A stretch of 62,039 nt of DNA, the filler included, from Sphacelaria rigidula (Eukaryota): assembly GCA_964200075.2 (NCBI GenBank). It is 11 parts of 11 records of this genome, joined end to end, with 100 filler letters (N's around TTAATTAATTAA, not from the genome) between each part and the next. Parts side by side here need not be neighbours in the genome. Positions count along the whole stretch, not along the records: positions 22,597 to 28,145 come from CAXNAA020026420.1; positions 28,246 to 33,794 come from CAXNAA020026421.1; positions 33,895 to 39,443 come from CAXNAA020026422.1; 8 more parts are not named here. One strand, written 5' to 3'. Under the pieces are notes generated by a model that saw only the letters and a list, made by a program, of their open reading frames with translations, did not search any database and was not told where the DNA came from. Position numbers and translations under genes: made by a program. This document shows positions 23,834 through 36,195 of this stretch, one piece after another; position 1 is the stretch's first letter; each line of letters starts with the position of its first letter.

Positions 23834-23970
23834 GTTCAACACAGATAACAATCGCGTCACGCCGCTGATGTTTGCGGTTCAGTACTGTGGCGTCGTACGA
23901 CTGAGGAAGGAAGAGCCATGGGCAAAATTTGGAGCAACCATTCAGGAGCTGCTACGGGGAGGGGCTTCCG
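23834..23970 (+). CDS. Ankyrin-repeat protein exon
   Basis: FNTDNNRVTPLMFAVQY..TIQELLRGGAS. TAG acceptor, GTGAGA donor, phase 1. Confidence 0.75.
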
Positions 23971-24868
23971 GTGAGAATAAGAGTCTCCCCCGGTCACCTC
24001 CGTTTTTTTTTTCTTCACCTTTTTATCGTTTTTTTTTTTCAATATTTTTATCTTGAAAATATTTTCTTTATAATATTTTTCTCGCTATCATTCTTATTTT
24101 CATTTTTTTTCTTTACTATCCTCTCTGTTTTAGTTTATTTTTCTCATTATTATTCCATTTTTTCCCCTTGTTCTTCTCTTATTTTTGTCTCTTCTTTTCT
24201 CTTCCTTTTCCTCATTTCGTCTTCTCTCCCTCTTTTCCCCCTGCACTTGTTTGCTAATTTCCTAGTAGTGGAATTAGGAAGCCCACCTGTAGGACCCCAA
24301 TTCACTGATCCCAACTGACACTACAAAAGCATTTTTTAATGTCAATAGTAGAAGCCGTCGCGATACATATTTTTGCTTATATACATATATATATATTATC
24401 CTGTTTTTTATTTCACTTGTATTCTTCATTGACACCAATGCATGAGGGTCCGAGATGATGAGCTGAGTAATACCTGAATACGATAAATGAAATAGTTAAC
24501 CGGTGCGCAAATTTGCCTTGCCCTGTCCCGACTTGTTCCGCATGCCGACCCATGTAGGTCCTCTATTTTGGCCTTTTTGGCCTCTTATGGCCCGCGTACC
24601 ATCTAGCCGTTTCTTTTTCTTACTTTCAGTTTGTTTCTTCGAGCCGTACGTATTTTTCTGATTATTATTATTTTCCACCGACGTGTATAGTGTGTCGAAC
24701 ACTGCTCTTCGCGGCGCCGTGTTTTCTTGTTCGTGTGCGTTTTTTTTCCCCCCCGTGTATCTTGTCCTTTTGTGCCATGGCTTTTGACTGCGGGTGATTG
24801 GTGTCTGGAAAAAGGGCTCATGTGATGAACAACAACAATAACAAGAATGTATGTTTGCACAAGGACTA

Positions 24869-24980
24869 TTTCGCTTTGCTTCGCTTTGCTTCGCTTTGCT
24901 TCGCTTTGCTTTGCTTTGCTTTGCTTCTGCGTCGGTCGTGTTATTCTTACTCACCCGTCTGTTTGTTGTTGTTGTTGTTT
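24869..24980. repeat. (CTTTG/CTTCG)n and (GTT)n microsatellites in an intron
   Basis: Direct inspection. Confidence 0.9.
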
Positions 24981-25002
24981 CTGTTTGGCCGTTGCGGTGC
25001 AG

Positions 25003-25100
25003 TGGACATCCGAGACGATAAGGGGCGAACGGCATTGACTTTTGCGGCGGAACTAGGCCACCCGGAAGTGACGTCATGGTTGATCGATGCCAAATCGGAC
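25003..25100 (+). CDS. Ankyrin-repeat protein exon
   Basis: VDIRDDKGRTALTFAAELGHPEVTSWLIDAKSD, a canonical ankyrin repeat. Phase-compatible with the previous exon. Alternative donor at 25124. Confidence 0.85.
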
Positions 25101-25248
25101 GTGAGAATGATATCACCGTGGTTCGTAAGCTGTTGGGATACCACGTTACACTGACGAGGTGTAAGCTTATAACATGCAGTAGTCAGAGAGAAAACTTTCA
25201 ATTCCAGCAATATATGTATAACGTATCTATGTATTATGTATGCAGGTA

Positions 25249-27252
25249 CACAGGCACCGTAGGTAGGGTAGGTACCCGGTACCAGTATTTGGGACGTCTC
25301 ATACCCTACCGATACCGGTCCAATCGGGTATTTTGAAATGTCATACCTACGATACCCACGATACGACAGTATCTCGAGATTTCAATACCTACCGTACCCG
25401 CTCGATCGGGTATTTTCAAAACTCATACCTACGATACCTTCGATACCACGGTATTTTGAGATACCAATACCCACCGTACCCGCCCAATCAGATATTTTCA
25501 AAACCCGTACCTACGATACCTACGACACCACGGTATTTCGAAATTTCAATACTTATCGTACCCGCTCAATCAGATATTTTCAAGATTCATACCTACGATA
25601 CCTACGATACCTACAATACTTACGATACCACGGTATTTTGCGATTTCAATACCTACCGGACCCGCTCAATCGGTTATTCTCAAAACTCATACCTACGATA
25701 CCCAGGTAAATACCGGGTAAACCCTCGGCATTTACCGGACGCGATGCACTCCCCACGGTGCAGTAGCTGGCTCAACTGATGATGAAAAGGCCAGAAGTTG
25801 TCGCAGCAGGTACGTCTTGTTTTCACAAGTAATATATACCCAGATTCCCCCTGATTTTCGTGTTCGGATCAATTCGAATGAACTTATTATTATTATGCAG
25901 TCTGACGTGCGGTCGATTTGTTTTTTCTCGATTTGATTGGTCCACCGCATTTCTGTTCTTTGAAGGCTTCAACTCAAATTTGTAATTAGTGGCGACTGGG
26001 GAAAAACTGCAAAACAATAAAGCTCAGCCTTTTCGATCGAAAACACAAGGTCGAAAGGCACGAAGCGGCACTTGACTCCTATCTCACAGACCACCACGCC
26101 AGATACCACCCGTTCACAGTACCATACCAACTCCATCCAACTCATTCTCAGCTTCCATCGCAACCCTGTAGCATCGAGTACGAGTTGAGCACAGGGATGG
26201 ATACGCTGCAGTAATTGGGTATGCTTTGTTTATTTTTTGTCTGCGAAAACATGAGCGTCTTCTGTCAGGGTTGGGATCAGCGACGGAACTGGGTGTTACG
26301 GTGGGCAACCGAGTTGCGTACACGCTCACGAGCAGTGGAGGGCAGTACAAAGCTGCACGTTGTTGAAGTCCTTTTCACGTCGCATTGTAAGCAGAGAGAA
26401 GTGATAGTCCTGGGCTGTCTGCACTGCACGCTGCCCGCTTCTCTTGAAAATCCTGCTGTACGAAACACGCACACACGCACACTCGAGACACGCTGCTTGC
26501 AAGCAGTGCAGACAAAACAGACTCTCTGTACCGTACACGAGTGACCATGTATCGTTTTACGAATTTCATCGTCTTTTTTTCGATCGAAAGTTGGAAAATT
26601 CGCTTGGACCCAACTCGACAAAAATTAGCGATTTTCGCTCAAATCAATTCCACCGCCACATTTTTTCGATCGAAAACAAATGTGCTGAAGACACGCCCTG
26701 AAACGCTTCTCCGCACTGCCGGGTGACAGTTTTGAAGTCGATTTAGAGGGTAAAGCAGGTACCCGGTACTGGTATTTGGGACATCTCATACCCTACTGAT
26801 ACCGACCCAACCTGTTATTTTCAAATGTCATACCTACGATACCCATGATACCACGGTATTTCGAGATACCGGTACCTACCGTACCTCCCCAATCGGGTAT
26901 TTTCAAAACCCGTACCTACGATACCTACGACACCACGGTATTTCGAGATTTCAATACCCACCGTACCCGCTCAATCAGGTATTTTCAAAACTCATACCTA
27001 CGATACCTACGATACCACGGTATTTCGAGATTTCAATACCCACCGTACCCGCTCAATCAGGTATTTTCAAAACTCATACCTACGATACCTACGATACCAC
27101 GGTATTTCGAGATTTCAATACCCACCGTACCCGCTCAATCGGGTATTTTCAAAACTCATACCTGCGATACCCACGCATACCACGGTGGTACGGGATACCC
27201 CGGTAAATACCGGGGGTACGCTCGGTACGGTACCTTACCTACTCTTCTCGTG
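25249..27252. mobile_element. Non-autonomous hAT-like element with 82-bp tandem-repeat arms
   Basis: CAC..GTG ends with an imperfect TIR (CAC-N8-TAGGTARGGTA). 8-bp TSD TGCAGGTA/TACAGGTA. Arrays at ~25270-25740 and ~26755-27235. Confidence 0.8.
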
Positions 27253-29671
27253 TACAGGTACATATCTTTAGTCGTTGCTCTAAGATGACGCTACCTGGAA
27301 AAGTTTATTTTCGGAAGGTCAATGCACATACAACTAATAACAATTTACCGAAAATACTGTATAGTCATTATCCAAGCGATAACGATGCTGATCCAGCAAA
27401 TGCGCACCCCCCACCCCTGGGCGGTCATCGGGGTCCTACAGTCATTTTTCAAGTGGAAGCGATGCAGGTGCAATAGATGGGCACCCGTGGGTACTCATCT
27501 CGGTCCTACAGTCATTTTCCGAGTGAAGACAAACCGAGCCGGCTTGAAGCAATTTTTGGCGATTGAACAGCTTCGCACGGCCCGTTTGGAAGAGCTAGAA
27601 ACTGATATTTTGACACGAGGTTGATATCAAGACACAAAAACTCATTGCCTTATCCGAAAAAACAAAACCCCTCTCCCCTCCCCCAGCAAATAAAGTCAGT
27701 CCAAGATTCTGATGAAACTTGAGATGCCACAACTCAACACACACATATATATAAGGGTCCTCGCCGGCATCCGGCCGGCTTCGGTCCCTTTATTAGCGAG
27801 ACACGTATGTATACATATATATATATATATATGTATATATACTTCCTCTGTCACATAAGTCTGTATCGTTATGGACGTTCAATCGTGTGGGTATTTCAAT
27901 GCTCACGATCATGCTACAGTTGGGCTCGTTAGAGAGATAACGTGCAGACGAAACTGACTGAGAAAAAAAAGAAAAAAACTTGTTTTCAATACTACAATCA
28001 TATCAAAATATCCCCCATTTTGGCCCTTTTGGGCCCACGTATACCCCGATGTTGACCGATTTTGGACGTTTTGACGTCGAGCACCCGCGATTACATGCTG
28101 AAAAGTTGTCAGATGGGGGTGTGTAAATTAACGTCACGGATATATNNNNNNNNNNNNNNNNNNNNNNNNNNNNNNNNNNNNNNNNNNNNTTAATTAATTA
28201 ANNNNNNNNNNNNNNNNNNNNNNNNNNNNNNNNNNNNNNNNNNNNGTGCAAGACAGATATACCACTTCAGCCCCATATTTTGTATGAACCCCAAAATATA
28301 AAATCGGCTGTTGGTTGTTGCCCGCACCATACCCCGCTGTTCAAGTTTAAGCTTCCACCAACGAGACATACATCATGCTCAACTATTACACTATGTATCT
28401 ATATCCCTGTGCTCAACTCGTGCTCTTTGCTGCAGGGTTATTGTGGTGGTATTATAGCTGGGAATAAGTTTTGTCGGGTTTGCAATTCAATCTGTGAACG
28501 GCGGGTGATATATATATATATATATATTCTGGCGTGATAGTCCCAAAGGTCCCCTGGAAGCATTTAGGACTCAAGTGCACTGGTGTAAATGTACACTCTG
28601 GAGGATACTGCACGGCCATGTCTTTCGGAGTCGCAACACATGCCTTAGAGGCCAAAATCGGTCCGTCCGCCAGAGGAATGATGCTCATATTTCCCTCTGC
28701 CGTTCATATTTCCCTCTGAGGGACGTTCACGAAACGACGTGCTCCAGAGCACCAAATTTTTCGTATTCTGGAGGGATTCAGACCTCAGAAGTCACTGAAG
28801 CATCAGGTGCCCTCCAGAGGATTCGTTTCATGGCCGGAACCGAGTATGACATACCCTCTAGAGGGTATTTTTATCCTCCCGAGGGTCACTTTACCCTCGA
28901 GAGGATGAAAATCGCGACAGAGGATATTAAGGGGGTAGCCGAATGGCCGCGTGTGCGCCTAGTCCGAAACTACTCGCTTTTATTGCAGCCTTCAATTACT
29001 TCAAAACAAGCCAAATTCGTCGAAATTCGGCAGGAAATGTACATGTTGGACGGGATTTGTTCGAAATTTAGCCACGTTCAACCAAACGCTTCTAAGGTTG
29101 TAGGTCAATTATTTTATTTTTGACTTTTCCAGTGGCCATCTCCACAACTATGTATTTTCAACGAACCTGACCATAACATCGTGAGCACTTCCGTTGGCGA
29201 TGCACGGCCTATATCCCCCATAACGGACTTTACCTATGGGACGCAGGAAACATTATTGGAGCACCACGGGTGGCCGCTGGTACATTGTCACGGTATCCTC
29301 ATATTTGAGCATCTCCGGGTTATCTGAACGTGGAACAGCTTGCGAAGCACATGTCCCAGGATGTACGCGGGTTCACATCGGTTAGCAGGTGACGCGACAG
29401 TGTGTCCGATCACAACCCGATCCATGCTGTGCGCACGGCTTTGAAGTTATCCAAAATGTACCGTGACGCATAGACGCTCTAAAATGCTGCCAACGTGTAC
29501 AAGCGGGCTCCCGTGTAGCCGAGGCGGGGTGAAGAAGAGGAAAATTGTGGCGAACGGGAGGTGGATCAGGGAGGAGAGAGGAACCGGGGAGGGAAGGGAA
29601 GGCGGGAGGGGGGCGGGCGGCAGCCATGACGAGACGCCTTGATAGGCTCCGGTTCAAGCCGCGTAGGCCTT

Positions 29672-29995
29672 GCCGCGCCACAGTGGTGTAATGGTCCGAC
29701 TGTCGCCATTGAGGTGGAGAGAACGAGAGTTCGGTTCCCGATGTGTTGGGGTTTTTCTTCGTAGTAGAGCTATGTGATTTCCACCGTGGAAAGCGTGAGA
29801 ACGTGAGTGAACAAAGTAGTCGACTGAATGTTCTTGACGTGAGTTGACGCGGTGGGGGAGTGCTGGCCATGATCCAATCCGCGAGACCAAAATGCAAGGC
29901 GTGTACCGGGGGGAGAGATGGGCTGATCCCTTGAGACCACGGACTCGTCCCCCGAGGAAGGCCAAGGGTTCAAAGTGCGACAAATATATGAGAAA
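29672..29995 (+). mobile_element. tRNA-derived SINE
   Basis: Head GCCGCGCCACAGTGGTGTAATGG (A-box-like) and GAGTTCGGTTCCC (B-box-like). Body repeated at 37245-37545, 20030-20330(-) and 5750-5830(-). Confidence 0.65.
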
Positions 29996-30889
29996 AAAAA
30001 TAAGGCCAGCCGCAGAAGTCGAAGAGGCAGTGATCGGAAGGTCGATGAATTATGATTACGGATTTGCTCCAAGTTCTTGTGGGCTGTCTAGCTCGCTTGT
30101 ACGTGTATGAAAATAGGGTACTCGGTACTTCATTCAAGCTCTACTGAATAAACACGTTGACAAAACCAGTTGGAGTATCCTCGATGAAGGCAATCGGGGA
30201 TATTGCGTCCCTCGAGGTGTCGAATTCCTCTCCAGTGTACTCTTGGGGATCAGCCAGTTGACTTAGTTGAGACCAAGGGCTTGCACAGGACAACAGAGAC
30301 GAGGAACAGGAGATCCTGAGAATGGGAAAGAATCGTATTTATGGGAACGGCAACAACTTTTTTTGGGGCTCGAAGTTGTGCGGAATCCCCCCCCCCCCTC
30401 CTCTCCTCCCCCTTACGCCCGGCTTCTCTCCCCCTACCTACCCTTCATGGTGCTCGGGGTTGGACAAAATCCTACCCAGCACCACACTTACATGACCCGC
30501 GTTTCTGGGGCTTTTGTACTGGTTTCCTCGTGCCTTTGAAGGTACTTTTAAGTAGGAAAGTGGACGTACTTCGAAAGAAAGGGTGTAGTGTACCTCACAT
30601 GAAACGATAACCTCATTGTGGTGGATTTTGCGGAGAACGGTACACCACTGAGGCACCTTTGAGTAGCCTCGCAACCTCCTGGTATGGCTCTCGACCATTA
30701 TGAGGTTAGTGTTTTATATAAGGTGCCTTGTTCTCAGCCTTCGGCACGGTTCAACTCTCTTGGGAAGAACTTTCGAAGGCAGACATTGCAGAAACCCCCA
30801 CAAAGAAGGTCATGCCATGTATGTGCTGTAGAAGGGTAGTATTGCCCACAATCGTGAGCACAATAACGGATACTATAGGGAGAAAGAGA

Positions 30890-33780
30890 CCGGGGGGGGC
30901 ACGGGGGGTACTCATTGGTTGCTTGCCTTAGTCGTTTGACCATTGACCACGCATCCCTTTCGAGACACAGCACCGTTCCTACTCCTAATAGAGACACCTC
31001 CAACACTCCGGCGCTCATTACGTTTCTTCCATAAATTCGACAAAAACCTGTTACATATCTTATCCTCGTCCTGTTTCGCCGTCTGTGGCCACCATCTATC
31101 TTCTAGTGTAGCCATCGTTTTTTCCGTGCTGTCTATGCATCAAACGATTTTGTGCCATCTTCGTTCACGTCTCGCATTTCCCCCTCCAGCACGCCCGTTC
31201 CTCCAAGTATACTTCACATTCTGCCACCATATGAGTTCTGCTCTTGATTGTTTTGTCACAGGGGCAATTCTGTGCATCTACTTCCTCCTCTCGACTGCTG
31301 GTATATATCTCTTTCTTCTTTCTGGCAGGTCCAGGTCCTCAACCCGAGATTACACTTTCAACTTTTTCGCCGCGTCCATGGGGTCATGCAGACATGTTGT
31401 CATTCCGATCCCCTCTCTCAACCACCCGTATATCTTCAGGTATTCTTCTTCGTCTACTTTGCGTCTGAGTCCTCCTTTTCCCCTTATATCTATCATATCT
31501 CTTACTTTTTGTCTTGTGCCCCGCGCCTTCATCTATGGGCACTATTTCGTTTTGTTTTCCTCCTATCTCCTTCCATATTTTCTCGACTTCTTCATCCCAC
31601 CTAATAGCATACCCTCTCGTACTTTTCTTCCATACAGTCCTATCAATTATAGCTGGCAATCGCTTTCTCTACATGCTCTTCACGCTATACTGTCATCGCA
31701 ATTTCCTCATGTCTCTGATCGGTATAAGTGAGTACATTCCCAACCCTACTATCAATGTTGTATTACTTGTCGTTTTCGAGCACCCAAGTATTTTCTTAGC
31801 TGCTGCCATCTATACCGTTTCCAACTTCTCCATTAACTTCACGTTCTCCTCCCATGCTTCTCCTGCATATTCCAGCTTCGGTACGATCACGTTCATCAGG
31901 ATACATCTCTTAACCCTAGTATCTAGGCGCGAGTCTCTGGGGATCACGTCCATCCTGCCTATCTATGCCTTACCCTTTTCTATTACTTTATTCATGTGTG
32001 CACCCCAAGAACAATTTTTTGAGATTTCTACACCGAGGTATGTATACTGGTCTACGGTCGGCAGTGCCTCTTCGCCCCACTTCCATTCGAACTCTACCGG
32101 ATTTTGTTCATCTTCGTTGCAGACGACCACCGCGCATTTGTTGACGTTCGCTGTAACTCTCCATTCCCCAGTGTTTTTTAGCGCCTTGACTATCTGTGTC
32201 TACAATCCTGTAGCTGTCACTGAAACCCCCCCAAAATTATCCACGAACATCAATCCTGATACTATGTCATCACCCACCTTGACTCCTTGCTTTGCTGCTT
32301 CTATTATTGCTGTTATCAGGTCATTAATAAACACCTTGGATAAAGTGGGTGATAAGGTACATCCTTGTGCAACTCCTTATGAAGTATCAAACCTTTTTCG
32401 ATATTCTTTCCCCGTCTAACATCATGGCACTTTTGGCACATGCTGTCATCTTCTTCACCAGTCCCAACATCCAGTTTTCCATCATGATTTCCACAATCCA
32501 ATTAAACATACTGTGTCATAAGTTATACGCCTTTTGCACGTTCAGAAAAAAACAGTACGTTGTCTGCCCGGTGTCTTCCCTACCCTGAGTAATCTTACCA
32601 AATGTGTACGCATGGTCTACGCAACTACCGTTTGGTCTAAAGCCTGCTTGCCCCTCGCTGATTTTCTCTTCCTTATCTAGCATCGTTCCTACTCTATCGT
32701 TCAGAATCTTACATAATATTTCCCCTACCGTGCTCATCAGCGTTATCCCCCAAAACTTTCCTGGGTCAGCCTTGTCTCCTTTTTTGAAAAGGTTGAAGAC
32801 TACTCCTTTTCTCCACCTCTAGAGCATGTACTCATTTTCCCAGATTCAGTTATACAGCATAACCATCATGGTGATCATTCCCTCTCCCCCGTGCTTTAGA
32901 AACTCACCCACCATTTCGTCTGCCCCTGCTGTCTTTCCGTTCTTGAATTTAGCTACGCATTCCTTTACCTCATCTCTGGAAAATTCTCTCTGCAACTATC
33001 TCGAGCCACCATCCTTCCGTTTTGACGTCTCTACATCTGTCTCTGCCCACGCGTTGACTTCTTTATCGAATTCCGTGTCGAACTTCGTGCTCGGTTTCGG
33101 TGTCTCTAGTTTACGGTTGTGCTCTATTAGCACTTGTGTCTTTCCCTTTGAACTACCTACCATCTTACCACTCTATGCCCGGAGTGTGGCTATCCTCTTG
33201 TCTATCTTCCCTGCCTGGATTCCCATTATCCTCATTATCCCTACCCACATTTTTTTATGCCGCCATCGAAATCTCCATTTTTTCTATCCACTACATCTTC
33301 CCATGCTTCCTTCGTTTTCTTCTGTATCATCTTTTTCGCTTCCTTTCGAGCTTTAGTATACTTCTCCCATCCTCCCGTAGTTTTACTCGATATGCATCTC
33401 GCGCGGGCCTCTCTCCTGACTCTGATAGCCTTTTTTACTTCCTCATCCCACCATTTTACTGTTCTGTTGCATACAATCAGTTTCCTCCCTACGACTTTAC
33501 TAGCTGTATTCTCGACCAACCGCTGCCATCCTTCTACAATCTTCGCTCCTGCCTGATTTCTTTCCATTCCGGTATCAACTGTACCTACACGTTCCAACAG
33601 CTTGAAAAAGAATATTACATTTTTGGCCATCTCTTCTTGAAACTTTCGATGCTTTTTTCCCATATCTCCTTTATCGATTCTCCATTTGTACAACTTCCTA
33701 CCCCGCCTATTTCTTTTACTCGTAGCTGTAGCCAAAATACACCAAGGCGTAGTAGATGTAGCATGCAGGATCCTGGATGA
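30890..33780 (-). mobile_element. LINE family A, RT-encoding, 5' end cut by the scaffold end, degenerate
   Basis: DKADPG..GIT.MSTVG..ISEGQAGFRPN.SCVDH..FFLNVQKAY; GVAQGCTLSP; QYTYLGVEIS. ORF ends ..VNGQTTKASNQ* then GTAC+C-tract. Confidence 0.92.
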
Positions 33781-34627
33781 TGACCAGGGGACAANNNNNN
33801 NNNNNNNNNNNNNNNNNNNNNNNNNNNNNNNNNNNNNNTTAATTAATTAANNNNNNNNNNNNNNNNNNNNNNNNNNNNNNNNNNNNNNNNNNNNCAGAGC
33901 CCGATGCGTGGTTTTCGGTCGGAGTACCCACTCGCGACCAAAATATCGCAATTGCCATGTCACAACCATTGACGGGTGTCATTTTGACTGTCCATGTTGT
34001 TGGATACACCACCTCATGGGCTCAAGTTCTGCAGCAAGAAAGTCCGCCATGTCTACATATCAACCACCCGTGTACATGTACCGCACAGAAGAGCACCTGG
34101 GTCAATAAGCAAGCAGCCAGAGAGCAGCATCTGGAGGGGACCGATGCAAGGCTGAACACCAATGCCGAGCTTCAGCGCACTGCAAATAGATGAGGGGTCT
34201 TGGCAAGTTGACCAGCAAGCATCACTTGCAATCCAAACTGGGATTTCGGTAAAACTTGCTATTTCCGCCTTTTAATTAATTAGAACCCGCTGCTTTTGGT
34301 GAGCTGGCCGCAGCACACATACAAAAACGTGAGATTGACTCAAAGCAAAGCACTGCAAGGGTACGCTTCACATTATTCACGCAAGAAGCGGAGCACAAGA
34401 CAAAGAAGCAACAACAAAACTAGGGGAAAATCGCTTCAGAGACGTTGCCCTGCACGCGGTGCGAAGCAACCGACTTCCCCCTCCCCTCCGCCGGCCCTCA
34501 CCAGGCGCAAAAGGTGTACGGAAAGGAGAGCAGCCCGCAAGGGTCGAAGCGTCTTACATTGCCGTCACGAGGAGCAAGGCAAGCCAGCACAACACACACA
34601 CACACACACACACACACCACGACTCAC

Positions 34628-34738
34628 GTTGAGGAGGTCCCACATAGTTTGCTTTTCCGTGTGATCCGGCTGCGAGGGGTATCCCGGCGCAGGGCGAATA
34701 CCTTGGTACTTGAGCTTGAAAAGATCCTCACCCGCCAC
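34628..34738 (-). CDS. METH: Cobalamin-dependent methionine synthase exon (activation domain)
   Basis: [37 protein letters not shown] with the [10 protein letters not shown]-binding motif. AG/GT boundaries. Confidence 0.95.
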
Positions 34739-35184
34739 CTATTGATATCAGCAGCAGCAATGAAGCAGTGAACGAACGACACGACCGGAGTCCAAGCGGT
34801 AGAGTTGCGTCTTATTGAGCGCACAAAAAAAAAGTAAATAGCACTGTACTGAACTTCGCCAATCGAAACCCTCGCATCGGGCATTTCATCCAAGTTTTGC
34901 GTATTGCTTTGTACGGAAATTGGGCCGTCCCACCGCACTCCACAATATCTCCATCTATTGCAAACTAATAAGCGACAGCCGTAAGCAGCGACAGCCGTAA
35001 GCAGCAAAGCAAAGCCAACAATTCCACCACAGTGCTGCACGTGCCGTCATGTAGTCAATCAGTTCACCGGTGATAACATTCAGCATAGCCAGCAATACAA
35101 GCAAATTATTCCCTTCAATCAGGGATGTAAACACAAGACCTACTGCGGTCACGATTCAACGTCAAAAATGTAACGTTTTCGCAC

Positions 35185-35274
35185 CGTCTCCTCCGGCGCA
35201 TAACCCCAAATATCCTTGCGAATGTCGGCGTGCAGTCGCTCGGCGAACGCTTCCACGAAGCGATCCGCCAGGGC
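35185..35274 (-). CDS. METH: Methionine synthase exon
   Basis: ALADRFVEAFAERLHADIRKDIWGYAPEET. Phase 0/0. Confidence 0.95.
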
Positions 35275-35464
35275 CTGGCATGAAATAACAAGACACAAAC
35301 GGGTGCGAGGAGGTGGCGAAAACATTACACGACACAAAAATTGGGCGGGAATATCAACGTAGAGTACTGTTGCACAAGCGACTCACATACCTGGTTCCCA
35401 CTTGCTTCAGGAAGTTTCGAGTGTTGAGTGATTCCGCGATATTCTCCCTCCCCCCAAACCAGCC

Positions 35465-35520
35465 TGGGATACGTGGTCAATGGTCGAACGACCAAGGGAA
35501 GCAATGAATCCGTACCCCAG
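35465..35520 (+). mobile_element. Very short LINE family A 3' insertion with target-site duplication, in a METH intron
   Basis: GGGATACGTGGTCAATGGTCGAACGAC.. flanked by CCCAAACCAGCC at 35453-35464 and 35521-35532. Confidence 0.75.
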
Positions 35521-36081
35521 CCCAAACCAGCCCCAAAACTGTCACTAAGAAACTGGCCGTACAGCGCATGATCGCTGGTTTCAGACTAAATGAAGCGCCT
35601 CATATGGGCGACATTGACGAAACTGATCCAAAGCCACTTTTCTGGAGAGGGGGGCGGCGTTATCGCGGCATCAGTCTAGCTATCGTAGCAGCATTTGAAA
35701 AAGAGAAACTCGAGACGCCTCGGAGCTATCGAAAACGCTACGCAGACCCACCGCGCAACGCGTTCAAAGCTTGTTGCTTGCAGTCAGCCCTCTTACAAAA
35801 TCAGCACAACGAACCCCACGACAGTACAGTGCAGTACAGTGCAGTGCGGTACATTCATTCATGTGCGTGCGCTGGAGAGCAAGCAACAATTATAGAATCG
35901 AAAATTTGAGCGGCAGCTTCCAGTCCCACGGCTGGATAAAAACCTCAATCTCCAGCTCACGAAGCCAACTGAAGTGATGGTCTGGCAACGCATCGCACTA
36001 CAGAGGGACCATCACTGGATGACGAGATGAATCATGTGATGTATCGAAAAACACGATTACTGTATTGATTATTAACGGCAC

Positions 36082-36195
36082 CTGGACCATGATCTTGGAG
36101 TAGTCGTCGTGCAGGTCTTCGTACTTCTTGGCCATCTCGTCACACCCCATACATGCCACGGCGAACATGCCCAAGTAATCAGCCACACCGCTCTC
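36082..36195 (-). CDS. METH: Methionine synthase exon
   Basis: [38 protein letters not shown]. Phase 0/0. Confidence 0.95.

Noticed and set aside
23929..24318. Phe-rich membrane-protein-like ORF
   Set aside because: T-rich low-complexity intron of the ankyrin gene
25333..25779. Repetitive Tyr/Thr-rich ORFs (also 26845-27288)
   Set aside because: Translations of the 82-bp tandem array
29672..29750. tRNA gene
   Set aside because: No convincing cloverleaf. It is attached to a repeated body, so it is a SINE head
31514..32419. 301-aa plus-strand ORF and neighbouring hydrophobic ORFs
   Set aside because: Antisense shadows of the minus-strand LINE RT
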